Numbered from the stretch's first letter, positions 26,987 to 37,666 are shown. The stretch: 46,911 bases of DNA from an uncultured Prolixibacteraceae bacterium (GCA_964584045.1 CAZOYZ010000002.1:1-46911), one strand, 5' to 3'. Numbers and translations are program-made. The notes: generated from the sequence alone by a model not told the origin.

Positions 26987-27579
26987 TGCTTTTGGCCGAA
27001 TTCCATACGATCATGAAAGATCCGGATAAACTGGATGAAAAGACCTTGCAGGTGCTTAAAGCTACCATAGGGCAATTCCCGGCTTTTCAGGCCGGTTGGA
27101 TGCTGTTGCTGAAGAATCTTCGTGTACTGGATGATCAGGAGTTCAGAAGTTATCTGCAGACCGGTGCCTTCCGCGTGGCCGACCGCAGTAAACTTTATCA
27201 TGTACTGATGGATGAAAATGCAGGGACCCGTGACGAGCAAATGATTCAGACAACAAATTATCTGGCCAGGGAATATCTTTCACCCGCAAGTTATCAGTTG
27301 ACGACACCGGCAGCAGGTGCGGAATCACTTGCCGATCTGGCCCATTCGATCCGTAAAAATCAGCAGAAAGAAGTGACCGCCGGATCCGGTAAAAAAGATA
27401 TCGCCGCAGGCGCGGATTCAAATGAATTTGTGACAGAGACTTTAGCAAAGGTCTATCTCCGCCAGGGACTTTACCGGGACGCCATTCAGGCCTATGAAAA
27501 ATTAAGTTTGAAATATCCCGAAAAAAGTGTTTACTTTGCCATCCAAATTGAAGAAATTAAAAAACGAATAACAAATTAA
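26986..27579 (+). CDS. Hypothetical protein with C-terminal TPR-like motif
   Basis: 197-aa ORF whose start overlaps the lptE stop (TAATG). The C-terminus LAKVYLRQGLYRDAIQAYEKLSLKYPEKSVYF is TPR-like. Confidence 0.5.
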   Translation: MLLAEFHTIMKDPDKLDEKTLQVLKATIGQFPAFQAGWMLLLKNLRVLDDQEFRSYLQTGAFRVADRSKLYHVLMDENAGTRDEQMIQTTNYLAREYLSPASYQLTTPAAGAESLADLAHSIRKNQQKEVTAGSGKKDIAAGADSNEFVTETLAKVYLRQGLYRDAIQAYEKLSLKYPEKSVYFAIQIEEIKKRITN

Positions 27580-27590
27580 TAAAGGAAATC

Positions 27591-27920
27591 ATGTATACGC
27601 TGATCACTGTTCTCTTATTTATCGTCTGTGTCCTTTTGATCCTGATCGTACTTGTCCAGAATTCAAAAGGAGGGGGTTTGGCCAGTAATTTCCAGGCATC
27701 CAATCAGATCATGGGTGTTCGTAAAACGGCAGATTTTCTGGAGAAGACCACGTGGTTTTTGGCAGGTGCTTTGTTATTCCTGTGTATCGTGGGAAGTGCA
27801 TCTATTCCCCGCATCGGCGAAGAAGTGAATCAGTCGTCTGTAAAGGATCAGATCGAGAATGCGGTTGATCCGAATGTCGTACCTAATTTTCCGACAGCAG
27901 CTCCTGATTCAGCGAAATAA
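27591..27920 (+). CDS. secG: Preprotein translocase subunit SecG
   Basis: 109-aa ORF with two TM helices and the LIVLVQNSKGGGL motif typical of SecG. Confidence 0.8.
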   Translation: MYTLITVLLFIVCVLLILIVLVQNSKGGGLASNFQASNQIMGVRKTADFLEKTTWFLAGALLFLCIVGSASIPRIGEEVNQSSVKDQIENAVDPNVVPNFPTAAPDSAK

Positions 27921-27941
27921 TCTTTTAAAGAGTGATCGAAG

Positions 27942-27978
27942 AAACGGCTTGCTTCTTTCAGAGAGGCAAGCCGTTTTT
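27942..27978 (+). terminator. Rho-independent terminator after secG
   Basis: AAACGGCTTGC (27942-27952) pairs with GCAAGCCGTTT (27966-27976) and is followed by a T run. Confidence 0.8.
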
Positions 27979-28191
27979 GTATCACTCTGTCAGCCTGTCA
28001 TGACACGTGACAAGATGATCAATTCATTTATTTTCAGTATTTTGAATACCTGGCCAATTAAAATATTACAATCCCGAATGTAAATCTGTCTTTTTTTTTC
28101 CGCGGTTTTATCCTGCTTTGTTTTTGGCATACATTTCGATAAGGAAGGTTGTCAATTTTAAAAAATGTCTAACTAAAAATAATTAGAAAAA

Positions 28192-28470
28192 ATGGCAGAT
28201 TTAAAAGGAAAGATCCTTGCAGGTAAAATTCTTGTACAACCGAAGGAAGCAGAAACAAAAACAGCCAGTGGAATCATCATTCCTGATTCCGTAAAAGAAA
28301 AACCACATGCAGGAACCGTCGCTCTGGTCGGAGCTGCAAAGAAAGATGAACCCATGGAGGTAAAAGTTGGTGACACTGTTTTCTATGGCAAGTATTCCGG
28401 TACCGAGTTGAATATTGACGGAATTGACTATCTGTTGATGTCTCAAACTGATGTGTTGTATATCGCATAA
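28192..28470 (+). CDS. groES: Co-chaperonin GroES
   Basis: 92-aa ORF (ILVQP.EAETKTASGIIIPDS...GDTVFYGKYSGTE) immediately upstream of groEL. Confidence 0.95.
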   Translation: MADLKGKILAGKILVQPKEAETKTASGIIIPDSVKEKPHAGTVALVGAAKKDEPMEVKVGDTVFYGKYSGTELNIDGIDYLLMSQTDVLYIA

Positions 28471-28488
28471 ACATTAAAACCCTATTAA

Positions 28489-30135
<1,647 letters not shown>

Positions 30136-30169
30136 TCTCATCCCTATACTTTTCAAAAAATAAATCAGG

Positions 30170-30201
30170 CAGTGCAATCGTAAGGTTGCACTGTTTTTTT
30201 T
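30170..30201 (+). terminator. Rho-independent terminator after groEL
   Basis: CAGTGCAA (30170-30177) pairs with TTGCACTG (30186-30193) and is followed by a T8 run. Confidence 0.85.
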
Positions 30202-30220
30202 GTCAGATTGTTAAAGATCG

Positions 30221-30359
30221 GTGTAAGTCATTCGTCGTAAGTCTTAAGACAAAAAGGTGAAGGTTTATCCATTCAACCATCTACCTGTTTTCCGGTTTCC
30301 GGTCTCCAACTTCTGTCTTGAGTCTTGATACTTGTGTCTTGTGTCTTACGACTTACTGC
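30221..30359. repeat. Heptamer-periodic inverted-repeat element, copy B
   Basis: The left arm is GTCATTC GTCGTAA GTCTTAA GACAAAA (30227-30254), followed by a 56-nt spacer. The right arm is TTCTGTC TTGAGTC TTGATAC TTGTGTC TTGTGTC TTACGAC TTACTGC (30311-30359). It runs into the stop codon of the minus-strand gene ending at 30353. Confidence 0.8.
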
Positions 30360-31066
30360 TTCTTTTCTTTCTTGTTTCTCCCAAATTCGAAGGGAAGCGC
30401 GTAAAATAAGGAATAGGTAAAATCAAAGTTCATGCTGTTCACGGCTTTGCCATACCCGGGATTAAAAAATGCCGGAGGCAGTTCGAAATCTTTTTGTATG
30501 ACATTGAATTTTCCACGGAGCGACCATCCCATATAGACATTTTTAAAGAATTCGCCCGTTATCCCAAAAATAACTTCTATCCATTGGGACTGATAGCTTT
30601 GAGGTGGAAAAGAACCGGTTACAGGTCCCCAGTAATTGTCTATCCGGTATGAACGGACTTCCTGTTTCGCAAGACTTACACCATAACGAAAACCAATATA
30701 TAAAATATCCCTCTCTTCTTTCGATTCGGCCTCCAGGAGGTTATAATTTATTCCGGCACGTATGTAAGGACCTGAACTGCTGTAATTGACGAAATTCTGA
30801 TCAAGGGTGAACTTCTCCCAGCCTGCTTCTGCTACCGGATAAATATTAGGTTTAAGCTCGATCTCCGCACTAAACTCCACTCCCGTCCGGTCACCTTTGT
30901 TCCACAAGGACTGAAACGGCCGCGTCAGGTCCGTACCCAACCGGATCCCATCCATACGAATAAAATTATCTGCGCGTTTAGGCTTTATGTCTTGTTCCTC
31001 TTCTTCCTGTCCGTAACTATTCACTTTCAGAAGGCAGATCAGTAATGTAAAGTATAATATTTTCAT
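30353..31066 (-). CDS. Predicted outer-membrane beta-barrel protein (DUF6048-like)
   Basis: 237-aa ORF with a signal peptide (MKILYFTLLICLLKVNSYGQ), alternating-polarity strands and a C-terminal aromatic-rich region. The family name is tentative. Confidence 0.55.
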   Translation of the reverse strand: MKILYFTLLICLLKVNSYGQEEEEQDIKPKRADNFIRMDGIRLGTDLTRPFQSLWNKGDRTGVEFSAEIELKPNIYPVAEAGWEKFTLDQNFVNYSSSGPYIRAGINYNLLEAESKEERDILYIGFRYGVSLAKQEVRSYRIDNYWGPVTGSFPPQSYQSQWIEVIFGITGEFFKNVYMGWSLRGKFNVIQKDFELPPAFFNPGYGKAVNSMNFDFTYSLFYALPFEFGRNKKEKKQ

Positions 31067-31472
31067 TCCACGTTTGGGTTACTGCACTGTCAAGTACAAC
31101 AATTGAATCAATTCTGTTAAACGTATGACTAATCTCTTTTATCCGATATTCATAGTAAAACCCGGATTCGAGCGATTCATAGTTAATGGTATTTTCGTGG
31201 GCAATGATCAGGGTATCGGCGATCGAGTCCAATAATACCGCGAACGATGAGCTTTCGGCCGTGCTTAACGGTAAGTTAAACGCATTGGTCTGTACCTGAG
31301 AGATCCAGATGCTGTCCTGCTCAAGACCATAAACCGAAAGGAACGGATTATCCTGTTGCGTTCCCGATGAAAACCGGATCTGTGCCACGAGTTCCGATCT
31401 GGGGGGATTATCAAATGTCTCTTCGCAGGCTGCCATTGCCAGCACGAGCAATATCGAAAGAAAATGTTTCAT
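31017..31472 (-). CDS. Small lipoprotein (DUF6452-like)
   Basis: The internal start at 31472 gives MKHFLSILLVLAMAAC, a lipobox. It overlaps the downstream beta-barrel gene by 50 nt. The family name is tentative. Confidence 0.5.
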   Translation of the reverse strand: MKHFLSILLVLAMAACEETFDNPPRSELVAQIRFSSGTQQDNPFLSVYGLEQDSIWISQVQTNAFNLPLSTAESSSFAVLLDSIADTLIIAHENTINYESLESGFYYEYRIKEISHTFNRIDSIVVLDSAVTQTWNENIILYITDLPSESE

Positions 31473-31597
31473 AGGATCACCCTTCATTGAATTAACTGAA
31501 TCAATCACTTTGTAAATTGGACGCATCATCATCTGCTTTGCTAAATTAATGATATTCGGACGGAATCCCAGACCAGGTTTAAATTTTCCGAAAAGAT

Positions 31598-32464
31598 TCA
31601 CGCTTCAATCGGTTCCGGATGAATAGTCACGATCATTTCAAAACGGAGTTTGATCATTTCTTCAATCCGGGTACAGATCATGTGCACTTCTTCGAGGCTC
31701 ATTTGCGACGGGAGCTTGATATGACAGCTTAATTCCTGGTGACTTCCGTATTTATGCAGGTGAAAGTGATGAATGTGAACATTCCTTTGAAGAAGTATCG
31801 TGACTTCCGAAGTGATTTTTTTAATGAGTTCCGGATCTACTTCTTCCCCTAAAAGCGCCTTGATCTCTTTTGAAAGGATCTCATAACTGGCCCGCGCGAT
31901 CATGAATGCAACGATAACGGTGAGCACCGAATCGATCCACCAGAAATAATTCCCTAAAAAGATACCAACCAGGATCACGAACGAGGATAAAGAATCACCC
32001 CGGTGATTCCAGGCATCGGCCTTTAATACAGATGAACCTGTCTTCCGGTAAGCCCAGAAACCGTACTGGGCAAGTAATTCCTTCGAGACAACAGATGCAA
32101 CTGTCACCGCAATGGCGAACGTGCCAAAATTGACCGCTTCGCGGGAAATAAACTTTTCATAGGCGCTAACCATGAAATTGAAGGCCAGGATCGCCAGCAG
32201 GACACCGATCACGATCGCGGCAATATGTTCCATTCGGCCATGCCCGAACGGATGTTCCTTGTCGGCCGGCTTCCCTGCAAGCTTCCCGCCAAGTACCACA
32301 ATAAACGACGAAAAACAATCGGTCAGGGTATCCCAGGCATCCGCAATGAGGGCCATGGAACCGGAAACAATACCTGCCCAGTATTTTACCACAAATAACA
32401 CGGCGTTGACAAGGATGGACACCCAGCCAACCGTTATCACGTATTTCTGATCACGTGGATTCAT
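31598..32464 (-). CDS. Cation diffusion facilitator (CDF) family metal efflux transporter
   Basis: 288-aa ORF with six TM helices, metal-site motifs (LIADAWDTLTD, AWNHRGDSLSS) and a C-terminal cytoplasmic domain. Confidence 0.9.
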   Translation of the reverse strand: MNPRDQKYVITVGWVSILVNAVLFVVKYWAGIVSGSMALIADAWDTLTDCFSSFIVVLGGKLAGKPADKEHPFGHGRMEHIAAIVIGVLLAILAFNFMVSAYEKFISREAVNFGTFAIAVTVASVVSKELLAQYGFWAYRKTGSSVLKADAWNHRGDSLSSFVILVGIFLGNYFWWIDSVLTVIVAFMIARASYEILSKEIKALLGEEVDPELIKKITSEVTILLQRNVHIHHFHLHKYGSHQELSCHIKLPSQMSLEEVHMICTRIEEMIKLRFEMIVTIHPEPIEA

Positions 32465-32603
32465 AGGATCATTTTGGGCTAAAATTATAAAATAAAAACC
32501 ACAGAACTAGCCGGGGGCATGAAAACGGCAGCGAAGTTCCGGATGAAATTTATAACAACCCTCAATAAAATCCATTTTTAATTTGAAATAAGAAAATAAG
32601 TTG

Positions 32604-32636
32604 TATATTTGTACCATATAAATAGTACAATATAAA
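32604..32636. promoter_or_regulatory. Candidate promoter (-7 TATATTTG at 32604-32611) overlapping the inverted repeat TTGTAC-N10-GTACAA
   Basis: An exact TAnnTTTG motif lies 35 nt upstream of the GntR ATG. The 6-bp inverted repeat is at 32609-32614/32625-32630. Confidence 0.35.
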
Positions 32637-32645
32637 ACTAGTATA

Positions 32646-33020
32646 ATGATACAATTTGCGTTAGATCCACGGACAGGTATTCCTTTTTACCGTCAAATTA
32701 TTGATCAGATCAAATTTGGTATCGCAAAAGGAAGTCTGAAGATCGGCGAGCAACTACCCACGGTAAGGGCGCTGGCTGTTGATCTGAAGGTCAACCTGAA
32801 TACGGTGGCAAAGGCATATAAAGAGCTTGAAATTCAGAATATCCTTGAAACACAACAGGGAACCGGTACATTTATCAGCGAGGCGGGAGTAAGTATTTCT
32901 GAGAAGGAAAAAAGCCGCAAGCTTAAAGAAATCTGTGATGAATTTTCCACGATTGCCTTCAGCTACGGATTTTCGGTCAGTGATTTGATCCGGGAACTTC
33001 AGAAAATTGAAGAGAAATAA
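32646..33020 (+). CDS. GntR-family (YtrA-like, short) transcriptional regulator
   Basis: 124-aa ORF with a winged HTH (GEQLPTVRALAVDLKVNLNTVAKAYKELE) and only a short C-terminal extension. Confidence 0.85.
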   Translation: MIQFALDPRTGIPFYRQIIDQIKFGIAKGSLKIGEQLPTVRALAVDLKVNLNTVAKAYKELEIQNILETQQGTGTFISEAGVSISEKEKSRKLKEICDEFSTIAFSYGFSVSDLIRELQKIEEK

Positions 33021-33068
33021 TCAAAGCCATGATTTAAATATTTAACTGATTAAAACCTATTAAAACTG

Positions 33069-33971
33069 ATGTGTATGAAAAGAAATGTCATCGTCAAGGG
33101 TTATTTTAACCCTGTCGCAGTAGCTGTACTGGTAGTTTGTATTGTGATCTCTGGGGGTTTGTATTACCTGCAGGTGATCACTGAGGGAATTTTTGGAGCC
33201 TTGATCGTTTTTTCCGTATTGCTGGCAGCCTCTGTCCATATTGCCGATCAATGGGAGAAGGCGGTGTTGCTCCGTATGGGAAAATATAAGGGATTAAAAG
33301 GGCCGGGGTTGTTTTTCATTATTCCGGTCATTGATAAGGTCGATAAATACATTGATCAGCGGGTCCGGGTTACAGACTTTAAAGCAGAACAGACCCTGAC
33401 CAAGGATACCGTTCCTGTGAATGTGGATGCTGTTGTTTACTGGACGGTTTGGGACGTTGAAAAAGCAGCACTGGAGGTACAGGAATATGAGAAGGCAATT
33501 TTTTATATTGCTCAAACCGGGTTAAGGGATATTATCGGAAAGCATGAGTTGGCCGACTTGCTGCAGGAACGCGACAAAATTGCGGAGGATCTGCAAAAGG
33601 TGCTTGACAGTAACACAAATCCCTGGGGAATTACCTGCCAAACGGTTGGTATCAAGGATATTGTCATTCCCCAGAACCTGTCTGATGCCATGAGTAAACA
33701 GGCGCAGGCTGAGAGGGAACGTAAGGCCAGGGTCATCCTTGGTACGGCAGAAACAGAGATTGCCGAGAAATTTGCAAAGGCCAGTCAGGAATACCTGAAT
33801 AATCCGGTTGCCCTGCATTTGAGGGGGATGAACATGTTATTCGAAGGATTAAAGGAAAAAGGGTCTATGGTCATTGTACCAAGTTCTGCGTTAGACTCGA
33901 TGAATCTTGGCGTAATAGGAGGCCTCGTTTCTCTTGCCAAAATCAATGAATCGGAGAATAGGAACTCATAA
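33069..33971 (+). CDS. SPFH/band-7 (slipin/stomatin-like) membrane protein
   Basis: 300-aa ORF with N-terminal TM helices followed by an SPFH domain (EKAVLLRMGKY...GPGLFFIIP...TKDTVPVNVDAVVYW) and an AQAERE coiled segment. Confidence 0.85.
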   Translation: MCMKRNVIVKGYFNPVAVAVLVVCIVISGGLYYLQVITEGIFGALIVFSVLLAASVHIADQWEKAVLLRMGKYKGLKGPGLFFIIPVIDKVDKYIDQRVRVTDFKAEQTLTKDTVPVNVDAVVYWTVWDVEKAALEVQEYEKAIFYIAQTGLRDIIGKHELADLLQERDKIAEDLQKVLDSNTNPWGITCQTVGIKDIVIPQNLSDAMSKQAQAERERKARVILGTAETEIAEKFAKASQEYLNNPVALHLRGMNMLFEGLKEKGSMVIVPSSALDSMNLGVIGGLVSLAKINESENRNS

Positions 33972-34934
33972 CTCATTCCTGCCGAGGTACCAGTTCACAA
34001 AGTTACGGATCCCTTCTTCAAAGGAATACATGGGATGATATTCCAGGAGCTTTTCGGCCTTTTCGATACTGGCATAAGTGATGTCGACGTCGCCCGGCTG
34101 TGCCGGAAGTTGCCTGATATTCGCTTTCTTGCCCGTTGCTTTTTCAAGGGCCCTGATCATATCCCGGAGTTTGACAGGTTGGTTATTTCCCAGGTTAATG
34201 ATCTCATAGACCTGATTATGTTCAAATAAATAGGTGATTACCCTGCAAATACCGTCTACGGTATCTTCATAATATGTGTAGTCGCGTGAGGTGCTGCCAT
34301 CTCCGAACATGGGTATTTCGGCGTTATTTAAAATGAGCCTGGTAAATTTGTGAATGGCCAGATCCGGGCGCTGACGCGGGCCGAAAACGGTAAAGAACCG
34401 CATGTTGATGATGTCCAGTCCATAGAGCGCGTGATAGGTATAGGCGATCAGTTCACAGGCTTTTTTAGTAAAGGCATAAGGGGAGATGGGATGACTCACA
34501 TCCTGTGTTTCATGAAAGGGAACGTCTTTTGTATTCCCGTAAACGGAGGATGATGACGCAAAAGCAAGCTTTTTGATGCTTTTGTTTTTCATCAGCTCCA
34601 GGATATTCTGCGTAGCAACGATATTGGCCCGGGTATAATCCTGCGGGGCTTCAATGGAAGGACGAACCCCTGCTTTTCCAGCCAAGTGGACTATCGCATC
34701 GATATGTTTAGAGGCCAGGCTTTTACTTAACAAGTCAAAATCGGACAGATCAATTTCCAGAAAATCAAATTCAGGATGACCGGTAAACGAGGTCATATTT
34801 TTTTCCTTTACGGAACGGGGATAGAACGGATCAAAATTATCGATCCCCGTCAGTGAATGGCCTGCTTCCAGGAGCTTTTCACAAAGATGGGAGCCAATAA
34901 ATCCTGCACAACCGGTGACAACAATGTTTGACAT
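33966..34934 (-). CDS. NAD-dependent nucleotide-sugar epimerase/dehydratase (extended SDR)
   Basis: 322-aa ORF with a Rossmann motif (VTGCAGFIGSH) and a catalytic YxxxK (YAFTKKACE). Confidence 0.9.
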   Translation of the reverse strand: MSNIVVTGCAGFIGSHLCEKLLEAGHSLTGIDNFDPFYPRSVKEKNMTSFTGHPEFDFLEIDLSDFDLLSKSLASKHIDAIVHLAGKAGVRPSIEAPQDYTRANIVATQNILELMKNKSIKKLAFASSSSVYGNTKDVPFHETQDVSHPISPYAFTKKACELIAYTYHALYGLDIINMRFFTVFGPRQRPDLAIHKFTRLILNNAEIPMFGDGSTSRDYTYYEDTVDGICRVITYLFEHNQVYEIINLGNNQPVKLRDMIRALEKATGKKANIRQLPAQPGDVDITYASIEKAEKLLEYHPMYSFEEGIRNFVNWYLGRNEL

Positions 34935-34945
34935 AGCTTTTCTTT

Positions 34946-35635
34946 TTAATGAATTTTGCCTGAAATGAAGGCGATCAGTTTATCCAGCACAGGATGATTG
35001 ATATGACCAAACAATCCGCCTTTTTGATAATGGATCAGGATATTCCTGAGGTAGATAAAGATGCTTAAGCTGTGAGCAGTCAACAGCACGGGATCAAGCC
35101 TGAAAACGGCATAGATCAGGGTCATGGCCGACCCGCAGGTACTGATGATCCAAAACCCTGGGGGGAGAACGGATTCCTGCCGGTTCTCGGAATAAATCCA
35201 TTGGTAAAAAAAACGTGAAATAAAGATGATCTGCGCCACAATGCCCCAAATCATGAGCAGCAACGGATTTTTTTCATTTCTGAAAAACGTGGCAAGCGTA
35301 TATTCGGTTCCTGAAAACAGGTAAATCAGGATGATGACCGGACAACTCAGGATCATGATGCGAAAAACAGGGAATATCAGTTGCCATTCACCTTTTAGCT
35401 GCAGGTTGCGGACATAAATAAAATAGACGAGGATCTGTCCCAGCAAAATGGCCGCATCATTCCTTAAAATACCGTAAATGAGCATGAGAATGGAGGCCAG
35501 AAGGCTGATCTTCCAAAAAATGACCGGAGAAAGAACCCGTCCTTCATGTTCGGATTTAAACCATTGAAGAATGGTTCGCGCAAAAAATAAAACCTGAGAA
35601 ATAAAACCGATGGTGTACATGATAAAATCTTTCAT
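34946..35635 (-). CDS. Membrane protein with two lipid-A-biosynthesis N-terminal (LAB_N) domains
   Basis: 229-aa polytopic ORF with a duplicated motif (GFISQVLFFARTILQWFKSE and GIVAQIIFISRFFYQWIYSE). Confidence 0.7.
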   Translation of the reverse strand: MKDFIMYTIGFISQVLFFARTILQWFKSEHEGRVLSPVIFWKISLLASILMLIYGILRNDAAILLGQILVYFIYVRNLQLKGEWQLIFPVFRIMILSCPVIILIYLFSGTEYTLATFFRNEKNPLLLMIWGIVAQIIFISRFFYQWIYSENRQESVLPPGFWIISTCGSAMTLIYAVFRLDPVLLTAHSLSIFIYLRNILIHYQKGGLFGHINHPVLDKLIAFISGKIH

Positions 35636-35690
35636 TCGTTTTGTTTTTGCGCTGCAAAGATAGTTATATTATTAATCAACCAAATTTGAA

Positions 35691-35698
35691 TATATTTG
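35691..35698 (+). promoter_or_regulatory. Candidate -7 promoter element (TATATTTG) for lepA
   Basis: Exact TAnnTTTG match 51 nt upstream of the lepA ATG. Confidence 0.4.
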
Positions 35699-35748
35699 CG
35701 GTATCCGATTCTGCAGGAATTGCTGAACTGATCAAGAAAGTTGAATAA

Positions 35749-37536
35749 ATGAAGAATATCCGAAATTTTTGCATCATCGCGCATATTGACCACGGGAAAA
35801 GCACGCTTGCTGATCGTCTGCTTGAGATTACAAAGACCGTCAATGAACGGGACATGGAGGATCAGGTACTGGATAATATGGAACTGGAAAGGGAACGCGG
35901 GATTACAATAAAGAGCCATGCCATCCAAATGGATTATGAACAGGATGGTGAAAAATACGTGTTAAATCTGATCGATACTCCGGGGCATGTCGATTTTTCA
36001 TATGAGGTTTCCAGGTCTATTGCAGCCTGTGAAGGTGCTTTGCTGATTATTGATGCCACGCAGGGGATTCAGGCGCAGACGATCTCAAACCTTTATCTGG
36101 CGCTTGAGCATGATCTGGAGATCATCGCGGTGCTCAACAAAATGGATTTGCCAAACGCCATGCCTGAGGTGGTCGAAGATCAGATTATCGATCTGATCGG
36201 CGTCAGACGCGAAGATATCATTCATGCCAGCGGAAAAACCGGTCAGGGAGTGGATGAGATCCTTAGGCGCATTGTAAAAGACATTCCGCCGCCAACTGGA
36301 GATCCGGATGCTCCTCTCCAGGCGCTGATCTTTGATTCGGTCTTCAATTCATTTCGTGGTGTGATCGCGTATTTTAAAATTAAGAATGGCACGATCCGAA
36401 AAGGAGACCTCGTTAAATTCGTCAATACGAGAAGAGAATATGATGCAGACGAGATTGGTGTGTTGCGCCTTGGCCTTGAAGCCAGGGAAATGTTAGGTAC
36501 AGGTGATGTGGGATACATTATCTCCGGGATTAAGATGGCCCGGGAGGTGAAAGTGGGTGATACCATTACGCACCGGAACAGGCCTTGTGATAAGGCGATT
36601 GAAGGTTTTGAGGAAGTAAAGCCCATGGTGTTTGCAGGTGTTTACCCGATCGATGCGGAAGATTATGAAGACTTGCGGGCCTCCATGGAAAAACTTCAGC
36701 TCAATGATGCCTCGCTGACTTATGAGCCTGAATCGTCTGCTGCGCTTGGATTTGGATTCAGGTGCGGATTTTTGGGTATGCTTCATATGGAGATTATCCA
36801 GGAACGGCTTGACAGGGAGTTCGATATGAACGTGATCACCACGGTGCCCAATGTGTCGTACCTGATCCAGACCACCAACGGGGAAACGATCCGGGTTTAT
36901 AATCCAAGCGGTATGCCGCCTTCAACGACGATCCAGGAGATCGAAGAACCTTATATCCGGGCACAGATCATCACCAAATCTGAATATATCGGGCAGATCA
37001 TGACACTCTGTCTTGACAAACGGGGAACTTTGGTCAAACAGGATTACCTGACCGCCGAAAGAGCTGAATTGACCTTCGACATGCCTCTGGGGGAAATTGT
37101 TTTCGATTTCTATGATAAGCTAAAGTCTATTTCCAAAGGATATGCTTCCTTCGATTATCATATGACCGGTTTCAAGCCGGCTAAGCTGGTGCGCCTCGAT
37201 ATTCTGCTTAACGGGGAAATGGTCGATGCCCTTTCATCGCTCATTCATTTTGATAATGCGTATAACCTGGGACGCAAAATGTGTGAGAAGCTGAGAGAAC
37301 TTATTCCCCGGCAGCAATTTGATATCGCGATCCAGGCAGCAATCGGGGCCAAGATCATTGCACGTGAAACCGTCAAGGCGGTACGCAAGGATGTGACCGC
37401 CAAATGTTATGGAGGTGATATTACCCGTAAAAGGAAGCTTCTGGAGAAGCAGAAAAAAGGAAAGAAGCGGATGAAGCAGATCGGCAATGTGGAAGTTCCG
37501 CAAAAAGCTTTCCTGGCCGTTCTGAAGCTGGACTAG
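35749..37536 (+). CDS. lepA: Elongation factor 4 (LepA)
   Basis: 595-aa ORF with GTPase motifs ([24 protein letters not shown]) and the LepA C-terminal domain. Confidence 0.97.
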   Translation: MKNIRNFCIIAHIDHGKSTLADRLLEITKTVNERDMEDQVLDNMELERERGITIKSHAIQMDYEQDGEKYVLNLIDTPGHVDFSYEVSRSIAACEGALLIIDATQGIQAQTISNLYLALEHDLEIIAVLNKMDLPNAMPEVVEDQIIDLIGVRREDIIHASGKTGQGVDEILRRIVKDIPPPTGDPDAPLQALIFDSVFNSFRGVIAYFKIKNGTIRKGDLVKFVNTRREYDADEIGVLRLGLEAREMLGTGDVGYIISGIKMAREVKVGDTITHRNRPCDKAIEGFEEVKPMVFAGVYPIDAEDYEDLRASMEKLQLNDASLTYEPESSAALGFGFRCGFLGMLHMEIIQERLDREFDMNVITTVPNVSYLIQTTNGETIRVYNPSGMPPSTTIQEIEEPYIRAQIITKSEYIGQIMTLCLDKRGTLVKQDYLTAERAELTFDMPLGEIVFDFYDKLKSISKGYASFDYHMTGFKPAKLVRLDILLNGEMVDALSSLIHFDNAYNLGRKMCEKLRELIPRQQFDIAIQAAIGAKIIARETVKAVRKDVTAKCYGGDITRKRKLLEKQKKGKKRMKQIGNVEVPQKAFLAVLKLD

Positions 37537-37541
37537 AGGAA

Positions 37542-37573
37542 AGATTAGAAGATTAGAGGATTAGAATATTAGA
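37542..37573. repeat. Tandem octamer array (AGATTAGA AGATTAGA GGATTAGA ATATTAGA) just after the lepA stop
   Basis: Four 8-nt units carry TAG at 37546, 37554, 37562 and 37570, closing all three forward frames. Confidence 0.75.
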
Positions 37574-37600
37574 ATGCAGGAGAAGTAGTAAACGCGAAGT

Positions 37601-37666
37601 CACGAAGACGCTGCGCACGACTTGTCAGGTATGACTTATGCATGATTTGTGTCTTCGTGTTTTTTT
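37601..37666 (+). terminator. Possible lepA terminator: 9-bp stem with a large loop and a T7 run
   Basis: CACGAAGAC (37601-37609) pairs with GTCTTCGTG (37651-37659), followed by TTTTTTT (37660-37666). The 41-nt loop is atypical. Confidence 0.35.

Noticed and set aside
28125-28140. TGGCAT-N5-TTCGA upstream of groES as a possible sigma-54 promoter.
   Set aside because: The -24 element is acceptable, but the -12 element lacks the essential GC dinucleotide at the correct spacing.
27979-28191. Search for a CIRCE (TTAGCACTC-N9-GAGTGCTAA) heat-shock operator upstream of groES.
   Set aside because: No match or near-match is present, so no HrcA-type control is evident.
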